Source: Smithella sp. (GTDB taxonomy: Bacteria; Desulfobacterota; Syntrophia; Syntrophales; Smithellaceae). From it: a DNA stretch of 60,731 bases. Location of the stretch: contig JBATES010000123.1 of NCBI GenBank assembly GCA_049664145.1, forward strand, positions 1 through 60,731, read 5' to 3'. Under the pieces are notes generated by a model. That model ran no database searches and was not told the DNA's origin. It saw only the letters and a list, made by a program, of their open reading frames with translations. The stretch's first letter is position 1. Every line of letters starts with the position of its first letter. This document shows, piece after piece, positions 56,940-60,731 of the stretch. The translations under genes and the position numbers were made by a program.

Positions 56940-57764
56940 CTATAACCAGTAAGCTATGCGCGAGCGAAAGCGTCCGTAAAATAAAATGGTGATGCCCCAC
57001 CCTGCCAAAGCGAGCATAATACAGACCAGCCAGTTCAAAGCGGATGGTAATGTCCCCATTAAGGGAGCGCGGACAATTTCGATTAAATGGAAAAACGGAT
57101 TGGCATCCAGCAAAAGAAAACTGGCGCGTTTCGGTAACAGATGCGGCATCCAGATGATCGGTGTCAGGTAAAAGAAAACCTGCAACAGATTGGAAACGAT
57201 CTGAGGAATGTCGCGATAACGGGTGCATAAAACGCCAAGCAGTAGAGCCATCCAGGACAGGTTGATCATCAACAGCACAAGGCCCACGACAGACAAAGCA
57301 GCGGACGGACGCAAAGGCAACCAAAAGACGAGCAACACCAAAGGATAGATGACGATATTGTGGCCAAAAATAACCAGGTTGCGCCATATCACCCGCAGAA
57401 TGTGGGTAAACAGAGGCAAAGAAATTTGCTTGATGATGGCTTCAGCCACGGTGAAGCCCGTGCAGCCTTCGGTCAGTATCGTCGTGATCAGCGTCCATAA
57501 AATCAACCCGACCGTCAGAAAAGGGAGAAACTCTTTCATGGAGGTGTCAAAAAGATTACCGAAGACCAGACCGAGCGCTCCAATTAAAACGCCCATGCTG
57601 ATGGTAATCCAAAACGGTCCCAGCGATGAACGCCGGTAGCGCTGGCGAATATCCTGCCAGCCCAGCACACCGGCGAGTTCATATCTTTTCAACGCCGCGA
57701 AGATATCCTGCCAACCGGATTTAAAAATTCTTAATAAAAATCCCTGACTATTTATACTCATCAA
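56940..57764 (-). CDS. polysaccharide ABC exporter permease (ABC-2 type, Wzm/KpsM-like)
   Basis: Six TM segments. GWQDIRQRYRRSSLGPFW N-terminal ABC-2 motif. Paired with the ATPase downstream. Confidence 0.85.
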   Translation of the reverse strand: MMSINSQGFLLRIFKSGWQDIFAALKRYELAGVLGWQDIRQRYRRSSLGPFWITISMGVLIGALGLVFGNLFDTSMKEFLPFLTVGLILWTLITTILTEGCTGFTVAEAIIKQISLPLFTHILRVIWRNLVIFGHNIVIYPLVLLVFWLPLRPSAALSVVGLVLLMINLSWMALLLGVLCTRYRDIPQIVSNLLQVFFYLTPIIWMPHLLPKRASFLLLDANPFFHLIEIVRAPLMGTLPSALNWLVCIMLALAGWGITILFYGRFRSRIAYWL

Positions 57765-57789
57765 TCATCACTTGGTAATAATTATTCTT

Positions 57790-58863
57790 TTACAAACTTA
57801 CCGCCATTTTTGTGCGAATGTACCAGCTTATGAAAGCAAAAACAAGAAAGCAGGTTGTGAGAAACAGCACGACCGTTCGCGCCCCATAAGCGTAAAGCAT
57901 TAGAACGCCACCGCCAATGGCGAGCTGTACCATGCCATACAGCAGCGTTACTTTCCAGTGAGCGATTCCCCGTTCATTGGCCAGAATCTGGTACAGGTGA
58001 CGTCGATGCGGTTTTGTTAGATTTTCTTGATCCTGAAGACGGATGGCCATCGTCGTGAGTTCATCAGCGTAAAAGGGAAAAAGCAGCGCTGCAAAACAGA
58101 CCATCTCGAGGTAATTCCTGGCCAAAGTAACAACCAGCGCGGCAAAGACAAATCCCAGCAGGATGCTGCCGACATCCCCCATGAAAACCCTGGCACGAAA
58201 CATATTCAATGGAAGATAGCCAAGACACGCCAGGCCAAGACAGATGGAAAAAAGAGACAAGGCTGTTTGGAAGGCCTCTGCCGGCATGCGGTCAAGGGTA
58301 TAAATGCCCAGCAAGCCGAAGGCGATGACGCCACTGAGACCGGCAATGCCGTTGATGCCGTCCATAAAATTATAAAAGTTCGCCGTGCCGATCAGAAAAA
58401 TAAAAATCAGCGGCAGAAGCAGCAGGAAAATAAACGGAGAAAAGCCGAAAGTGGAAATGTCGTAATGGGCACTGAGTCCGGGCAACAGGGGAAACAGAAA
58501 AATCAAAGCGCAAATAAGTTGAACAATAAGCCGGAATTTGACCGAGATTCGAAAGTAATCTCCATAGAAACTGACGGCAGAAATGAGAATCGCGGCAAAA
58601 AGAAAGGTTGTCGGAATGCGCAATGTCAGTCCCGCCACGATGAAAGCCGCCAGAATACCCACGCCGCCACCCCGCGGGGTCGGTTCCGTATGCGAACTGC
58701 GCTCTTTGGGCACATCCAGCAGATGTTCCCGGAACGGAATGCCGGCAATCAGCCAGGCGCCGGCAAAACCGAGACCGGTACAGGTCAAAAACAGCAGGAA
58801 GATCCTGTGCTGTGTCACCCCGGCGACAAGTTGATTAAAAATGTTGGTTATCTCTTGAATCAT
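57790..58863 (-). CDS. polyprenyl-phosphate N-acetylhexosamine-1-phosphate transferase (MraY/WecA family), initiating enzyme
   Basis: About 10 TM segments. NFYNFMDGINGIAG and VFMGDVGSILLGF motifs of the glycosyl transferase 4 (MraY/WecA) family. First gene after the promoter element. Confidence 0.85.
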   Translation of the reverse strand: MIQEITNIFNQLVAGVTQHRIFLLFLTCTGLGFAGAWLIAGIPFREHLLDVPKERSSHTEPTPRGGGVGILAAFIVAGLTLRIPTTFLFAAILISAVSFYGDYFRISVKFRLIVQLICALIFLFPLLPGLSAHYDISTFGFSPFIFLLLLPLIFIFLIGTANFYNFMDGINGIAGLSGVIAFGLLGIYTLDRMPAEAFQTALSLFSICLGLACLGYLPLNMFRARVFMGDVGSILLGFVFAALVVTLARNYLEMVCFAALLFPFYADELTTMAIRLQDQENLTKPHRRHLYQILANERGIAHWKVTLLYGMVQLAIGGGVLMLYAYGARTVVLFLTTCFLVFAFISWYIRTKMAVSL

Positions 58864-58957
58864 GCCTGAAACAAAATCAATAATTCTGTTTAATACACTT
58901 GACGACTCATGTGATTAATCACAGCTCCGCCCTCTGAGTTACATAAGTCTGAGCATC

Positions 58958-59023
58958 GTAACTTTGCGAAGAGATTGTTTTTTACTACTAAAATCATCAT
59001 ATAGTGTCAATGTATTCGTTGGA
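58958..59023 (-). promoter_or_regulatory. conserved promoter/leader element, copy B (heads the wecA-like ... operon)
   Basis: Minus strand TTGACA, 17 nt, TAGTAA, plus conserved leader. About 55/66 positions match 26981-27046 by hand alignment. Confidence 0.55.
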
Positions 59024-59040
59024 ATTTTCCGACGATATTG

Positions 59041-59949
59041 TCAAGATTTGCCTTGCTTGCTTTGGTGCAGTTTGAGGTTTAAAAAAATTTCCGCGCGAAG
59101 GGCCGGATCCTGACGATAATATTCTTTCAGAACCTTGTACAGATCAGGCGCGTTTTGCATCATGACTAAAGGCTGATCAAAAAACTGTTCCGTGGCCACC
59201 GCAAAGAATTCCGCTTCACTGTATGCGCCGTAATCATTCAAAAATGTTTTGTTGCCCTGTTCGGCATCATGTCTCAGGCGCAAATATTCGCGGGAACAAA
59301 TGCTAACCCAGTTGCGATATTCTTTCCTGTCTTTCAGCGGTGGCGTACCGTCGGCAGCGCCGTCGAGCATATCCAGCTTATGCGCGAATTCATGATAAAC
59401 GACGTTATGACCCAATTCAGGGTGACGCCCGCCATGCAACGCGGCATCCCAGATGATAATAACCGGTCCGTGTTGCATCGCCTGACCGACAATGGGATAT
59501 TCATTTTCTACAGGTTCCATAACCGTTTCAAAAAAACCCGGATTACGCTGCGGCGGCATCACCGTGGAAGGATAGACAAGGATCGTTTCCACATTCTGAT
59601 AATAATTATGAGGGAGGCCCAGAAGCAGCAAACATGCCTGAGCGGCGATGGTCACTCTGATTTCGTCCGTCAGCACCAGTCCGCCGCATCCTTCCCAATT
59701 TTTCTCGGCAATAAATACCTGAATCAACCGGTATAAATGAGCGCGTTCAAAATTTTCCAACATGCCGTAATGCGCGATATTGCGTTTTATAATGTCATCC
59801 CAGGCCTGCGGAAATGGTTCTTTCAGGAGTTTTGCCCGACGGCGGTTAGTCAACCAGCGAAAAATATGATCCACCTCCCTCAATGAATGTTGGAATATTT
59901 TTTTAACATTGCGCATACGCCGTGTCAAAAGAATTGTATCCTTTATCAT
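59041..59949 (-). CDS. mtfA: zinc-dependent peptidase, MtfA/M90 family
   Basis: HEFAHKLD zinc motif and EFFAVATEQFF segment typical of MtfA-type peptidases. Confidence 0.75.
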   Translation of the reverse strand: MIKDTILLTRRMRNVKKIFQHSLREVDHIFRWLTNRRRAKLLKEPFPQAWDDIIKRNIAHYGMLENFERAHLYRLIQVFIAEKNWEGCGGLVLTDEIRVTIAAQACLLLLGLPHNYYQNVETILVYPSTVMPPQRNPGFFETVMEPVENEYPIVGQAMQHGPVIIIWDAALHGGRHPELGHNVVYHEFAHKLDMLDGAADGTPPLKDRKEYRNWVSICSREYLRLRHDAEQGNKTFLNDYGAYSEAEFFAVATEQFFDQPLVMMQNAPDLYKVLKEYYRQDPALRAEIFLNLKLHQSKQGKS

Positions 59950-59991
59950 TTATCATTTGCGGCACTGGCTTTTTTTTGTTATTTTTTCCAT

Positions 59992-60657
59992 ATGGATCAG
60001 GAAATGGTACAGCTCGGCAAACACGCAAGGCTTTTGGGCATCGATTTAAACAATCAGCAATTGTCTCAGTTTGCGTTTTATAAAAATGAACTTCTGGAGT
60101 GGAATGCCAGAACAAATTTGATTTCCGAAAGTTCCGCTGGGGAAATTATCACGCGCCATTTTCTGGATTCGCTCACCGCGTTACAATTTATCACCAAACC
60201 CCGGGCGCTGATCATTGATATAGGCTCCGGAGCCGGTTTCCCCGGTCTTCCCCTGAAAATAGCACGGCCGGATCTTAAAATTTACCTGCTGGAGGCCAAT
60301 CGTAAAAAGGTTTCTTTCTTAAAGCATGTCATGCGTGTTTTGCAACTTGAATCGGCAAATGTTCTTCACGACCGTGTTGAAAACATCCTCAAGTCGGATT
60401 TGTGGAAGGAAAAATTTGATATTCTCATTTCCCGCGCTACTTTTAAAATGGATGAGCTCTTGACTCTGGGTGATTTTTTTCTCGCACCGGCAGGTCAATT
60501 GATCGCCTGGAAAGGTCCCAGCGTTGAACAGGAATTAAGTCAATGCCTGAAAACAACCCATCAGCACAAAATATCTCAATTGATTCAACATGATATACAG
60601 GTTGATTTTCAGGCCGCGCCGCTGAAAATTATTATCGGAAAAAATAATGCCAAGTAA
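59992..60657 (+). CDS. rsmG: 16S rRNA (guanine527-N7)-methyltransferase RsmG/GidB (ORF opens at 59887; ATG 59992 preferred)
   Basis: NARTNLISESSAGEIITRHFLDSL, IDIGSGAGFPGLPLKI (SAM motif I), about 220 aa. Confidence 0.88.
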   Translation: MDQEMVQLGKHARLLGIDLNNQQLSQFAFYKNELLEWNARTNLISESSAGEIITRHFLDSLTALQFITKPRALIIDIGSGAGFPGLPLKIARPDLKIYLLEANRKKVSFLKHVMRVLQLESANVLHDRVENILKSDLWKEKFDILISRATFKMDELLTLGDFFLAPAGQLIAWKGPSVEQELSQCLKTTHQHKISQLIQHDIQVDFQAAPLKIIIGKNNAK

Positions 60658-60731
60658 ACCAACCTTTTAATGTCCGATAGCTAATTGGTATAAAAAATCC
60701 TTCTAAAAAACAATTTTTTATGCTAGGGCTA

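Noticed and set aside
1-60731. I looked for CRISPR arrays, tRNA/rRNA genes, transposases, integrases, toxin-antitoxin pairs and known defence-system genes.
   Set aside because: No regularly spaced direct repeats, cloverleaf-capable intergenic segments or matching protein motifs were seen. This was inspection by eye only, so small RNAs could have been missed.

Overview
This 60.7-kb window comes from a diderm (Gram-negative-type) bacterium. I recognised no rRNA, tRNA, CRISPR array, transposase or integrase. The left third (1-19 kb) is ordinary housekeeping: a complete tolQ-tolR-tolA-tolB-pal-cpoB cluster, envelope lipoproteins and a TPR protein, a YibQ-like deacetylase, Ctp protease, cysS, argC, rplM-rpsI, a DegT-aminotransferase/Fe-ADH pair, trmJ and an M14 peptidase. 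From about 20.4 kb to 58.9 kb the window is one large surface-glycan biosynthesis island, almost entirely on the minus strand, with many 1-4 nt start/stop overlaps. Two near-identical promoter/leader elements (about 27.0 kb and 59.0 kb) appear to head two operons. The island encodes a WecA/MraY-family initiating transferase, about ten GT-A/GT-B glycosyltransferase domains and two Wzm/Wzt ABC exporters. One Wzt carries a C-terminal carbohydrate-binding-type domain plus an extra GT2-like domain. The island also has a Wzx-type flippase, an O-antigen-ligase-family protein, a GtrB-like/GT-C/DUF2142 periplasmic decoration set, a pyruvyl transferase and a radical SAM/SPASM enzyme. Most notable is a complete sulfation module. 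It comprises a Pst-family ABC importer translationally coupled to cysD and fused cysN/cysC (PAPS synthesis), two stand-alone sulfotransferases, and a 964-aa protein built as sulfotransferase - coiled coil - GT2 - GT2. I read this as an undescribed ABC-transporter-dependent pathway for a sulfated (possibly sulfate-capped) and pyruvylated polysaccharide. The 964-aa protein is a candidate WbbB/WbdD-style polymerase-terminator. The island is mosaic. It contains strongly A+T-rich blocks, a frameshifted GT14 gene, an eroded sulfotransferase remnant and a 42-codon relic of a GT2 gene. Two copies of a small nested-hairpin REP/MITE-like element and a Sel1-repeat gene remnant lie at or outside its left edge. 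The right flank is mtfA-like peptidase and rsmG. All calls rest on motifs read by eye from the supplied translations. No database search was possible.
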